A stretch of DNA of 64,000 nucleotides, from assembly GCA_012295275.1 (NCBI GenBank), contig CM022673.1:9300001-9364000 (forward strand), read 5' to 3'. Below the pieces are notes generated by a model. The model was not told the DNA's origin and ran no database searches. It saw nothing but the letters and a program-made list of their open reading frames with translations. The translations under genes and the position numbers were made by a program. The stretch comes from Chrysomallon squamiferum (Eukaryota; Animalia; Mollusca). Shown here piece by piece: positions 1-13,339 of the stretch; positions within the stretch are counted from its first letter, which is position 1, and every line of letters begins with the position of its first letter.

Positions 1-1907
1 TAACAAATACTACTAATAAAGAAAAAAAAGCTGTTTTATCACCCAAACTGAATTTGTTTAGAGACTCATGCTGTTCAAACTTCCTCAAACTACTGGAAAC
101 TGTGTTACCTCTATTTGGAAATAAAAATAACTGCGTCTTTAACCTGAAAAATCTTATATTAAAAAGTAAAAGCAAATAACCAATAAATTTGTGTACCAGT
201 AGAAGTTAAATAACTGAGAGAAATACTGTTTCATGGGGTCCTATACTGTAGGTTGTTCAGCCAAAGGCTAAATCCGGCCTTAAGTTATTTTGTAATTTTT
301 CTTCGTTTTTCTTCTTCTTTATGTTATAGACCAGGAGGGTTGTGAATTTATGAATGATCTGAAATCTGGGAATTTTCTTTTTTCTGTTTCTTAGAAATTT
401 TTTGAAATGTTATCTGTGGATATGGGAATTATTTTTTACTGTTATATGACAACCGCTACTTCATGTTCTAGCTAAACAATGTTTAATATATATATATATA
501 TTAACATTATAACAGATTGAGGAGTACTGAAACATATTATGTTACGATTATTCACACTAATTTTCTCTCCTCTGAGATATTTTTCACCAATCAAAAACTA
601 TAAAATGTTTAATTATTTCGTTTTATAAATACAGTTGTGAATAATTAATCATTATTATTGCATCCCTTAAATCTATTATTTTACACGTGAAATAAAGTAT
701 GGTAATAAAACACAATAGTTGGATATTTCTGACTTCTACCTGGTTAGTTCTGCGATTTCCTCTCACGCCAAACAAACACGGGTGATACTTTATCGCCAGT
801 GACTGCAAGAACAAAAGTAAATAATAAATGACGAAATTTCCAAGCGTAAAATTAAAGAAAGAAGACGATTTATCATCTTTGACAAAACGAGTACTTGAAA
901 TATGCATGACACGCATTAAAATACTCCGAATAAACATTTGTTAATGAGTACAAGAAATATAGGTAATATATTATTCACAAGCTCATCCTAAGCGGAACCA
1001 AGATATCCCGGGGCGAACGTGAAACAACGAGATTTCACAATGAGATGTCACAGCGGGTCACACTTTTTAACTTCTGTTTCGTAACTTCTGCCCCAACAAT
1101 TAACGCTCCCAAGCATATGCGAACCCGTGTATGGTTATTTAAAGATAAAGTTCGTTTCCACTCGACTGGAACGGTAAATATAATTGTTTCTTTCATCCAG
1201 AGAAATACTGCAAAAAGCCCAGAGCTTGTGAGTCAAACACTACAAACATTTAGACTTTTTTTTTTTTATCATAAAAGTTGTTTTTTGTTTCTACACGCGT
1301 TTTTTTTTTTTTCATTTCGTCAGTGATGTAAAACTAATGAACACGGTCTGATAATTTTACTAATTACTAAACTCTGATTTATTATACAAGATTATTATTT
1401 TTCTTATTTATTTATTTATCATTATTATATACAGGGTTTTTTTCTACTAATCTCGTGATACGATCTTGTTAAATCAAGCGATTTAATTTAAAGATAGCTG
1501 AACTTTCAATAGTCCATTTAACAGTTATGTTTATTTTATGAAACTGAATAAACTAATTAAGAAGACTTACTGTGAATCTTTTCATAAGTTCACAGCAGTA
1601 TGCACTGCACTTAAAGAATATATAAAAAATTGTTACAACTACTACTGCTACTACTACTACTTCTTTTATTATTATTATTATTATTATTATGCAAGTTTCA
1701 TCCCTTAAATAGATACATTTTTTATCGTTATTTATTATTATTATTTTTTTATTTATATTTATTTTTAAGTCTACCTCACTTGGGTTCTACAAACACCTGC
1801 TTTATATGTTGTATATCTACTATAACGTTATTATACAACAGGCGAAATAAATAATCTAAAAATGAATGTTATTTGTACAGCTCTTTCGAGATACCTTTGC
1901 GGTGTGC

Positions 1908-2068
1908 AGTTTGTACTTCTTTAAGTCACCCGCGTGAAATTCTTTTATTTCTTCTACAATCTACGAGTCGCCAATGTGTCGTACAATTTATACTTCTTCT
2001 ACAAGTCACCTATTTCCTATACAATTTGTACTTCTTCTACGTCACCTATGTCGTATTACAGTTTGAAC
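1908..2068. repeat. Degenerate ~38-bp tandem repeat (about 3-4 copies)
   Basis: tacaatttRtacttcttctac(aa)gtcacctat recurs at ~1982 and ~2020, with partial copies at ~1910 and ~2058. Confidence 0.75.
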
Positions 2069-2896
2069 ATCACATATACGGTTAAAAACGCCTTCAATAA
2101 AGGTTTGAATTTTTCCATAGGTCTCTATCCTCTCTTTCAGAATAACGATTAAGTGGAACCAACATCACTGGGCCCAAACTGTTAAAAGTATTTTCAAACC
2201 CTTCGCTTCACACATAAATACAGTGATATTAATATTGCTAACACTAACAAGAAGACTATAATACTAAACAGTACAGGTTATAATTTAAAAGAAATTCGTA
2301 AATTTATTTATAAAAAATCGCAGAGCTCAGAGAAAAATATTTATAGATACAAATACATATGTGCATGTGTGCATATAGGTGTATTAACATATAAAATATA
2401 TTTTAATTTACATATACAGATATATATGTATGATATATAGATATATAGGTACATTTACATATACATATAATATGTTTATTTACATATACAAATACACATG
2501 TGTGTGTTTGTATATACACGTAAACTCACGTATAGATATATGTTCTAGACTTAACATTATCACATATACATATATATAGTGTCTTCCCATATCTCCATAT
2601 AACATCAGTGTTATTGTGACTGTGTGTTTTGTTTCTGTATTTGTTTTTTTAAAAAATCCAAGACTATGGTTATTAAACGTATACTATGAAAACTATACAA
2701 TTATAGAGTCATTACGATGTATCCGCTGTAAAACAGCTCTTTATTTCATCACACAATTTTACCCTGAATAAATGATTTACTGTGCTTATCTCTAATTTGG
2801 TTTTTTTGTTTTGTTTGTTTGTTTTCATTTAATTTATGAATGGATGAATAAATGGATATATATGTGTGTGTGTATATGTTCTATAGATAGATATAG

Positions 2897-2900
<4 letters not shown>

Positions 2901-2976
<76 letters not shown>
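2901..2976. repeat. (AG)n microsatellite
   Basis: Uninterrupted AG run, seen directly. Confidence 0.98.
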
Positions 2977-2981
<5 letters not shown>

Positions 2982-3186
2982 ATAGATGGACGAATGAATT
3001 AATGAAAGAAGGAAATGAGAAGTGTGTTACGGGACGAGGGAATGGTAAACAAAAAAAACAACAACAACGAATGAATGGAATGATGAACAATAATGAATAA
3101 TGAGAAAATCAATCAATGAATAGTGGATGAATAAATGAACTAATAAATAAATAATTTAAAAACATAAATAAATAAATAAATAAATA

Positions 3187-3395
3187 TTAAGACACCTCAA
3201 CACATTATAATATTAATGGATATTAATCATCAAAGTAATGAATATGTTTTCACATCACCGTGGTGTGTCTGACAAAGAGACCTCGCTGTTTCCATCATGT
3301 TCAGACCGCGTATCGATTGGCAGTGAAGTTTGTTCCATATTCACAGCAGAAAACACATATTGCATTAGGTACATCAGTGATGGACATTACTTTCA
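3187..3395 (-). mobile_element. Decayed SINE fragment (3' body/tail of a tRNA-derived Meta/MESC-like SINE)
   Basis: Blocks gacacctcaacacatt, gagacctcgctgtttcca and tcgattggcagtgaag on + resemble the reverse complement of the copies at 26.4, 45.0 and 62.8 kb. It abuts a simple (TAAA)n tract. Family assignment is from memory. Confidence 0.45.
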
Positions 3396-3451
3396 AATTT
3401 AAATTAATTTCAAGACACGTGCAAACATATTTTTCATAAATACATATATTC

Positions 3452-3456
3452 GTACA

Positions 3457-3488
<32 letters not shown>

Positions 3489-3489
3489 C

Positions 3490-3520
<31 letters not shown>

Positions 3521-3795
3521 CATACATACATATATTTATAATGCATACATATATATATAAATAAACACATTCATACATACGTACATATATATTGAGACAT
3601 AAATGCTTACATTCACACACACTAGCACAACACATACAAATACATTCACATACCCACACACAAATACACTCAAAACATGCACATACAATCATAAAAACAT
3701 ATACGCCATGCATTAACACACACACACACACACATACATACATACATACATACATATATTCACATATACATACACACACATATAATATATATACA
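3452..3795. repeat. Compound (TACA)/(TA)/(CA) microsatellite field
   Basis: Direct observation. Explains the MYV/HT-rich ORFs here. Confidence 0.92.
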
Positions 3796-4399
3796 AATAA
3801 AAGAGTACATGCATGTTATTCACACTTCTGTTTTAAAATTTCTATTTTGTTTTAATTATTTTATTTTTGAACTGAGTAACATTAATTTTATTTTTTTATA
3901 TTTTTTTATTATTATTATTTCTTCCTTTTATAATTTATTAATTATATTTTTATTTCAGTCTTAAATAAATATATATTTTTTGTTAATGTGATAAAAACAA
4001 CAACAATAAGAACCTGCAATAACAAGAGAGACGAGTATATTAGTAATTTATGATGTACTAAATGACCGACACTCGTTTAGAAAACATTAACAAACGTATC
4101 AATAAAAACAAACTCAACAGAAAAATCTTTCTTTTACATACATACAATTATATACCCTGGTCTGTGATGAATAAAATCACACCATTAGGGAAATAATTAT
4201 TAGACCTCTCGCACACAAATATCGACACATGCACAGACAGATTTGCAGACTGGTGGTTGAATGGATGAAATGATGTATGGATGTATTCGATAGACAGTTA
4301 TAAATGTAGACATGTTTATGTGTGTAATTTAAATATCTATACACAGACTTAGATAAATTACGTGTAGATATACGAAATGTAATGATACTTTCGTATGTA

Positions 4400-4617
4400 C
4401 GCATACACACACACACACAGACATACATACATGCATGCATGCATACATACATATATGTGTGTGTGTATATAAATATATGTATATATAAAACATATACATG
4501 CACGCACTTATCTATATACATTCATCCATATATACATATGAAGACAAACACATATATATTCATATATAACAAACAACACACCGAAACTCACACATACATA
4601 CACACACACACACACAC

Positions 4618-4650
<33 letters not shown>

Positions 4651-4725
4651 CATACATACATAAATACACATACATACATATTCACAAATACATACACACA
4701 TACGGATACACATAACACTACACTA
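4400..4725. repeat. Compound (CA)/(TACA)/(TA) microsatellite field
   Basis: Direct observation. Confidence 0.9.
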
Positions 4726-5864
4726 CAGAGAAATCAACGAGAAATCTTTTAAATCTATCCCCCTGTTCACACATTTATCGAAGATTTATTTTACCACAAG
4801 GAAAAGAAAAAAAATTCAAGTTAATCTTAGCGAGTGATGTGAGAAAGCAATACTTATTATTCCGTCTAAGTCCAGGAAATTGAGTCTATCCTTTATTGAC
4901 TTTGAGTTGGGAAGTTATTTTGATTCTAGGTTGTATTAGAGCAGAGGTACGAACGGATTAAAGGTTTGATTTGGTATTTGAAAAGTAATAATATATGCAA
5001 TCTTGTAAGCTAACTTCAAAATCTGGCGCAAGGCTAAGAAAATTTGAAGGCTGCGTTAATCTGTGTTGTAAGAAAGATCAAAGATACAGGTTAATTTTTG
5101 AGAAAATTTTAGAAACGACAGGAGTAAAGTTAATATAATCCCAATTCTGATTTAGAATTATGATGCATGCAGTTTTTCGCCCAAATCCATGTTATTATTA
5201 TTTTTCTCTTTTTTGATTTATGTTTTTTTTATCTCGTAAAATTAAAATATGTGTTCCAGCATATGTTCTTTTTCCATCCTAGTAGATGTTGTTGTTGTTA
5301 AATATTTTAATTCTTTTTTCTTTTCTTTTTTTTAAATTTTTATATGAATAATATATTGTCCATATTGAAAAATACCATGAATGTCATGCGTCAATATACT
5401 TTTTAAATGTATATTATTATTTTTGAAACAAACACAGGAAGTCAGTATGAAATATGATCGAAGAAAAAAGAATTTGAAATTAAATATTAGTAGATCAGTG
5501 GAATAATTATGCTTTCAAGTTTCAAGAAAAATCCAAATACGAGACTGACAATAGAATTTTTCACTTTTATTTATTTATATCTTTAAGAATTACTATTATT
5601 ATTTTTTATTCTAATATATCCTTTTATCTATATAGAAATATTATAATTTTTTGTTTATTTATTTAACTGTTTCTGTTTATAATCACTTTCATAATCATTA
5701 TATCGTGATTACTATGTTAGTATTACTCTGAATTTACTCTTGTTGTTTCTGTTGTCAATGGCGCTATCTCTGTTGTTATCGTTGCTTTTTATCATTATTT
5801 TTTTTTATTGATTGATATTATTATTCTTTTAGTTAGTGTTGCTGTTGTTTTTGTTGCTGCTGCT

Positions 5865-5886
5865 GTTATTATTATTATTATCATCA

Positions 5887-5935
<49 letters not shown>

Positions 5936-5950
5936 AGCTATTATTATAAT
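5865..5950. repeat. (TTA)n/(TCA)n microsatellite
   Basis: Direct observation. Confidence 0.95.
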
Positions 5951-6701
5951 AATTTTTACTATTGCTTCAAGTCTCTGAAAAGAGAGCGAGACAGAGTGAA
6001 AGAAATCGTCTATTAAATCTCTGTCTAAACTCTCTCTTTATGACACGACTAACTAAATTAATAAGATATTCTTACTCAGCGAAGCAAGATACTCGACTCG
6101 GGGAGTAAATGAAGCAGACGCTTTTGGCCCCGAGGTTAAGTTGCCTATATATTTGTTCTGTTATAGTCTTAAATTCGACACAAGTGTTTGCAATCGGGAT
6201 GTCTCGAATTTCACACTGTGTCTGTCCCGTTATGCGTTTATCCTTCGATTACTTTCAGTTTGTGACAAATTGTCAAGAGCGGCAGAAAGCCGTTACGTAC
6301 TTACGTTACTGCTTACCTTTGTCCGCAATCGCCGTATCGCAGTTTACTTACCTGCTTATTTACTTAGCCTCTTCAGCGATGTGTCATTAACGACTCTTTT
6401 ATTCCGGACACCTCTAATTTACGGATTGGTCTTTTATTCTAAGCAGATCATGAAGAGATTTTTTTTTTTTTTTTTTTTGTAGTTTTTGTTTTCTCTTGTT
6501 CGCTTATTATTTCGTTCGAGTGTTTCGGAAAGTCAAAGCATTTTAACGTCAGCGATTTTTGATCTGGTTTGAGACGGGCGAATTACAATTTAAGCGTTTT
6601 GATGTTCTTGAAAATACACACGCGATTAGGCTCTGCCGATCTGTTTTTGAATAATCTCCTGAATGTTTATCCGTTATTGTGAACGTAACTGCAATAATAT
6701 A

Positions 6702-6777
6702 TATGTTTTAGTTCAGTGGTTAGATTACTTGTCAGAAGAACAAAACGGCTCAAGATCAAATTTGTTCTGGTGTACCA
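6702..6777 (+). pseudogene. Degenerate tRNA-like relic (tRNA pseudogene or SINE head)
   Basis: 76 nt long. A-box-like tagttcagtggttaga; stem-loop cttgt-cagaaga-acaaa with GAA at the anticodon position; decayed T-arm caagatcaaatttg; ends in acca, followed shortly by poly-T. Stems are imperfect, so not a functional tRNA. Confidence 0.35.
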
Positions 6778-7635
6778 GTCGTATTTTTTTTTTTTTTTTT
6801 TTTTTTTTTTCGTTTTTTTTTCACGATCTAACAAATGTCCCATGATTCGTATTTCAAAGACCGTGATATTTTTTCTCCTAGTTTTTAAAGTTCTATTTTC
6901 AAAATTCTTGTAAACAAATTAGTCAATGAATTTATATAATCAACAAAGATTAAATCTGGAAAACAAACAATAATAATAATGTCATTTAACCATTAACCTT
7001 TTATTATTATTAAAGACGAATTTCCGAACAGGGCATATTTTAAACTAAAAGTATATACAAACTGTTAATTCCACCAAAAGTTCCTTTAGCTTACGAAACG
7101 GGCCACATCTAATGTCAGTGTATGCTGGTTAGTATTCAGTATATGGTTCTTCTCCATGGAAAGGTCTTCATCATGGAAATAATATTATATTTAGACCTTT
7201 TTGTACTAAAATCTATTCGTTCCGGAAATTCTTCACACCATTTAACTTTATATAAACCAAAGAATGAAACCAGCCAAGTTTAACAGTTATACTATAATCC
7301 TAAATTTCTGTTTTGATATTTTGTTTTATGTTTCTCTAAGGTGGTTCAGGTCTATGAAACGATGCCGTCTATAACATCTTCATTGTCAGCCAAATACGAA
7401 ATATTGTTGTAATTTACTTATTATAACACACGCACACGCACACACACACACACACACACACATACATACACACACACACATATATATATATATTTGGAAT
7501 TTTCGTTTCTACGGATATTTGGAAGTTGACTCAGATATATGATTTTCATGAATAACTGTCCTTTTGTTAAATAATTAAAAATATAATAAAACAAAAATAA
7601 TAACACAAACAACGACAAGTACCATAAAACGACAC

Positions 7636-7671
<36 letters not shown>

Positions 7672-8511
7672 TAATAACAATAACAATTTTTTTTTCATGT
7701 GAAATGCCCGTCAAAATGTATTGATGAAACTGCAAACCACCCCCATCAAAACAAACTCCATCGTTTGACGAAAACAAAGAAAACGGTAACATAAAGTTGT
7801 TCCGTTTTATGCATCTGTAAACTATAATTGATTGCTTAACGACTTCCTTAAATAAAAGTATCAGCAACAAAAGAAATTCCATATTAGCATTCCAGTAGAC
7901 GCCCAAAATTTCATTAGAAATATATCGGCCATTTCATATCGTGCTGGGTGGATAAAAGAAATATTTTGATCAAAGAAAGCGAAATGGATTAGGGGCGGAG
8001 TAATATTCATATCTAAATGCACGTTTGGCTCGTGCAATTTGGCGCGTCGGTGCATTTCGCGATGGTTATGTGTTTAGTAAGTACGAAAAATCGATGGTAA
8101 TATTTTTATATGTAATAAGTTTTCAAGAAGAAAATCGGGCTTCTAAAGTAAACAACAAGAAATGAAAGAAAACGATTTCAGTTTTGAGTGGTTTTAATTT
8201 TGACCGTTAATTTATTTCACGTGAATAGTAAAATTAAAAGAAAAACGTTTTTATTTAATTCGTTATAGCTCTTAATAAAAAGCGTGTTATTATTTTAGAA
8301 ATTCTCTTCAAAAAATAAAAATAAAAATAGAAATAAAATAAAATTCTGTCCTTTTTCTTATTATTACTTGTTGTTTTTTTATGTCTCTTCATTTCCGAAC
8401 ATTTCTCTTTAATAAATATAATTTCTTTCCTTCGAAAAAGAAAAAAGAACAACATCCGTCTATTTTTTTCCCTTGATTGATGTGCGCTAAGTCAGATAAC
8501 TCGCTTTACTG

Positions 8512-8526
8512 TCGACAGAGGGCGCT
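8512..8526 (+). promoter_or_regulatory. CTCF-like motif
   Basis: tcgacagagggcgct matches the 3' core CAGAGGGCGCT of the CTCF consensus; the 5' end deviates. Confidence 0.3.
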
Positions 8527-8589
8527 TTAGAACTCTTCACAACGAAAAGTTAATATAAAATTTATCACAGAGTCTTCGAAGTGTGATGA

Positions 8590-8665
8590 TTATGTTTTTG
8601 ACTTCGTGGACGAGAGGTGCTAGGTTCGATTCTCGATTCTGGCTACAGCCAGAGCCTACTGAATA
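8590..8665 (+). mobile_element. Decayed tRNA-derived SINE head
   Basis: Pol III B-box ggttcgattc at 8623-8632, preceded by gaggtgcta as in a tRNA variable/T arm. Confidence 0.35.
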
Positions 8666-9124
8666 ACATTATATGCAAAAACATGACTATTTATGTTCGT
8701 CTCATATTCTAAATCTTTGGTATCTGTACCGTGGTTCCTGAATGACTGGACCAAAGCATGTAGCTGAACGAATGTTCACTACATCTAAAGATGTACGAAA
8801 CATTATTTTAATTGATGGCTGATTGAAATTGTTGCATCTGTCGAGATTTTTACTGGGTTGAAACCTATGTTCGTATCGTTTTTCAAAAGTGGCGTTTGAG
8901 CACATGATTTTGTTTCACACGCGACTAAAAATTAATATATAACATATATACATATTCTGAAAGGTGAACAAAATGGCGCATATGTGACTGAATAAATCTG
9001 TGTACAGACACGTAACTATTGTCTTTTAATTTCATTTAACAAACGCTGTGAAATTTTGTTCCAACCTACCCAATAATTTTTGTGTTAATGTTTATAATAC
9101 ATAAAACTGATTTCCCTGTTCAAC

Positions 9125-10128
9125 AGATTGATTAGATGTCAGAGCATAAATGCAGTTTAATGTAGACTAGATATAAGAATATACATCCAGTTTAAAGTTG
9201 ACTAAATATAATAATACATGTGCAGCTTAATGTTGACTAGATATAAGAATACACCTGAAGTCTAATGTAGACTATATAAAAGAACATATACGCAGTTTAA
9301 CTTTGACTAATTATAAGAATTTACATACAGCTTAATGTTGACTAGATATGAGCACATACATGCAGTTTAACCGTGACTAGACATAAGCTTAACGTAGATT
9401 AGATACTAGAATACACTTGAGTATAACATTGACTAGATGCTAGAATATACATGCAGTTTTAGGTTGAATAGATATAATAATAAATGTGCTGCTTAATGTT
9501 GACTAGATATAAGAATACACATTCAGGTTAATGTTGACTAGATATAAGAATACACATACAGCTTAATGTTGACTAGATATAAGAATACACATACAGCTAA
9601 ATGTTGACTAGATATAAGAATACACATACAGCTTAATGTTGACTAGATATAAGAATACACATACAGGTTAATGTTGACTAGATATAAGAATACACATACA
9701 GCTAAATGTTGACTAGATATAAGAATACACATACAGCTTAATGTTGACTAGATATAAGAATACACATACAGCTTAATGTTGACTAGATATAAGAATACAC
9801 ATACAGCTAAATGTTGACTAGATATAAGAATACACATACAGCTTAATGTTGACTAGATATAAGAATACACATACAGGTTAATGTTGACTAGATTATAAGA
9901 ATACACATACAGGTTAATGTTGACTAGATATAAGAATACACCTACAGCTTAATGTTGACTAGATATAAGAATACACATACAGCTAAATGTTGACTAGATA
10001 TAAGAATACACATACAGCTAAATGTTGACTAGATATAAGAATACACATACAGCTAAATGTTGACTAGATATAAGAATACACATACAGCTTAATGTTGACT
10101 AGATATAAGAATACACAAACTGTTTAAT
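9125..10128. repeat. 35-bp minisatellite, ~28 copies (unit gcttaatgttgactagatataagaatacacataca)
   Basis: Units start at 9491, 9526, 9561, 9596 ... 10087 (18 near-identical copies, one 1-bp insertion near 9893), preceded by ~10 diverged copies from ~9125. No unique spacers. Confidence 0.98.
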
Positions 10129-10635
10129 GTGCAGTTCTTTGAAGGGGAGTCGTCCCATTATAATTCAGTTTTGCGATTCAGCCTGCAAGTTTATGAATTT
10201 GTATGAGTTTTGTTTATTTGTTACGTTTATTGTGTCATAAACTGCTGTGATGTTTGCAGTTTGGCAATTAACTCGTGGTTGGTTTTATGTACGGAGGGAG
10301 CCGGTGAATCTGTAAAAACCCATCGTGTTAATGTTAGGTTAAAAAGTGTAATCGTATATTCATTCATGCATATGTACATACATAATTATGTACTAATATA
10401 TTCATAATATACACGTTTTATACTCTGGCATTAAAAACACACAGACACACACTCAAACACATAAATAATCGTATATTTCAATACTCATTTGATTACATCT
10501 ACCAGCATATACAAAATATTCATATAATCATTTGTGTGCGACTATATTCGAATTAAATTTTTTTTTTTTTTTTTTTTTTCCTAATTTCACAATTTTGAAG
10601 TTTAAATATAAAAAAAATACGTATATATTATGCAT

Positions 10636-10636
<1 letters not shown>

Positions 10637-10679
<43 letters not shown>

Positions 10680-10712
10680 ACACACACACGCACAAACAAA
10701 CAAACAAACAAA
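10637..10712. repeat. (CA)n followed by (CAAA)n
   Basis: Direct observation. Confidence 0.95.
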
Positions 10713-11142
10713 CACCTGTGTGTACACTCATCCTTATTAAAATTAATTTTTCCATTAAAATCACAGATCCCGAGCCTGAATATTAATAACGCTGTTATGC
10801 TGGAAAATTAAATACAATTTAAATTATTTTTTCAAACAGAAAGATTTTTCATTTCGGTCGCATCAGGTTCATTTCCGAAACCGTCGGACACTTTAATGTG
10901 TTAATTATTCATATAACACTGTGCCTGTAAACCTCGCTTTCGTCCGTTTCAGCGAGATTCGCTCATCCATGGCGTTTTCAATCAAGTGTAAAATGGAACT
11001 GCTTGTTATTGAAATATTATTTCAATATAAACTGCGATAACAAAACAAACTGATGGCAATGTTGTCTGTTATCAGCGACGTGGTATATATCGTGTAAATT
11101 AATTGTCGCTTTCATATACATCACTCTGAAATATGCACGACA

Positions 11143-11186
<44 letters not shown>

Positions 11187-11576
11187 CATACAAATTTCCC
11201 TGTAATTTGATATAAAATGAATTATATATATATATATATATATCTAATTATTGGGAAATTTGTAAATTGCCATTAGTTTTAACGCAAGGTCTAAAATAAA
11301 ACCTTGTGAAGCATCAGTAATATTTCTTAAACATATACAACACTGAAATAAACATCATTATAATTATTTTAATGTATTGTATGAAATAAAAATTAAACAT
11401 ATATTAACAGAGAGGCACACAGACAGACCGATATATATATATATAACTGTTTACTAGATTAAGATATGTTTTAGAAGGTTAGAATGGCCCGGTGCAGTGA
11501 GGCTCTACCTTTATACATGAGCAGGATGACAGTAACCAGTTATTTCTTTTATTCTGCAAGCCTAATATTCATTCAT

Positions 11577-11616
<40 letters not shown>

Positions 11617-11838
11617 ATAACAAGAAATGTATCGAAGTAAATAAGTATAGTTCCATACCAAAAAAACAAAAAAAACGATATATTTGGTCACTACCCGAAA
11701 CTATAGAAATTTATCTAGTGATCATATCTTGCTAATAGTAACAGTGACAGCATGATAAATTATAATGAGTAATAAACACACTGTGAAACACGCACATCAC
11801 TATGTTGTATATTAAACAAACAGAAGCATATAATAGTG

Positions 11839-11882
<44 letters not shown>

Positions 11883-12139
11883 AATAACACAAAAATACTT
11901 CAGGATGTATAATTATTTCACTTGCACTATAGAAATTATGTCGAAATGTTTAAAAACTAATAATTAAATATAAATTTTGATTTTGCACATAAAGGAGTAT
12001 CATTGGTACATATTATTTTAATATTTGCTGATACGTTTTACTGTTGTTATTTTTATTTAAGATGCTGTTGTTGCTGCTGCTGCTGCTCCAGACATTAGTG
12101 GTAGTGACGATGATCTCGTTGCTTTTGTATACAGTTATT

Positions 12140-12300
12140 TTATCAACATCATCGCCATCGTCGTAGTCAACATCATCATCATTTTATTATTGTCATTATT
12201 ATCGACATCATCTCATCATCATCATCTTCACCATCATTATCATCATCGTTATCGTCATCATTATCATCACCATCATCATTATTATTGTCACTAATGGTGA
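12140..12300. repeat. Cryptic (CAT/TAT)n trinucleotide repeat
   Basis: Degenerate catcatcattat runs. Confidence 0.85.
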
Positions 12301-12835
12301 TGATTTGCTGCTGTTGTTGACGGTGTTTCTGTAGATGTCATTACGAGTAGATCTGAAATTGTTTTTCTTTTCTTTTCGTTGTTGTTTTTATTTGTATACA
12401 TACACACATGCGCATTTGCACACATATACACACACATACATATACATACATTATATACATAAAACACTTATTGTGCTTCAGTAAACAATACCACATTTTC
12501 CTTACTGTTTATATTTTCAACACAGAAAAAAAAAAAAATAATAAAAAAAAAACTTTCATTCGATCAACAACTTTATAGACGATATCCAATTAATACATCA
12601 TTCCAGCTATGAAATTACGCGAAGTATAAAAAAAAAAATAAATAAATAAAACAACAACAACAACAAAAAAAAAAACCAGTAAGCCATAAATATGATATAG
12701 ACAATAAAGCAGTGAACTAAATATGAAGAAATATTTGCGACTTGAAACACTGTTTTTACGCCGCTAGTCCATTAACCGCACCCCTCTGCCCATAAATATG
12801 TATACACGGGGCAAAAATACTTGGAGGGATTCAGG

Positions 12836-13056
12836 TATAAAATAATAAACTGGCACATCGTTTTCACATCATCTGCACGCATAAAAACGATATTTCTAAA
12901 AACACGGAATATATGGACGTTTTATTGCCGCCATTTCGAGTTTACCTTTTGTGAGCGAAAATCGCCGCCTAAGCCGCGGACCGGCGCGAGTACACGGACA
13001 AGTGGAGAGGAACGGACTCCCGTAAGTATCGCGGACCGGATCAAAGGCAGGTACGT
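12836..13056 (+). promoter_or_regulatory. Candidate Pol II core promoter and non-coding first exon
   Basis: TATAAA at 12836-12841; YYANWYY Inr (tcAcatc) with A at 12866, 30 nt downstream; YY1-like gccgccattt at 12927-12936; CpG-rich body; donor-like sites cc|gtaagt (GT at 13022) and cag|gtacgt (GT at 13051). Confidence 0.35.
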
Positions 13057-13339
13057 TAAAGGTAGCACGCTGGGCAGGTTCGCAGGTGTGAACCGATTTT
13101 TTTTTTTTTTTTTCAAAAATGGTTGTCTTTAACTGTCTGGCGAGTCTGCCCGCCGCGGAATCTTTAAACGCGTTTTATTTGGACATAAACTTATGTGTGT
13201 GTGTGTGTTAATGGCGAACTACAAAAGGTCTCACGGGTCGCGTCGGGATTATGTATATTTATTCCCCGGTTAGTATCCGTGAATGTGAAAATAGTCTAAA
13301 TAATTGAAATGTTTCTGTGTGTGACTGGATAAACAGATG

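Noticed and set aside
109-143. Minus-strand exon (tttttcag|...gag|gtaaca)
   Set aside because: 35 nt, AT-rich, weak donor and a stop in one frame; not distinguishable from chance.
9125-10128. CRISPR array (35-bp repeats)
   Set aside because: Units are head-to-tail with no unique spacers, there are no cas genes, and the context is eukaryotic.
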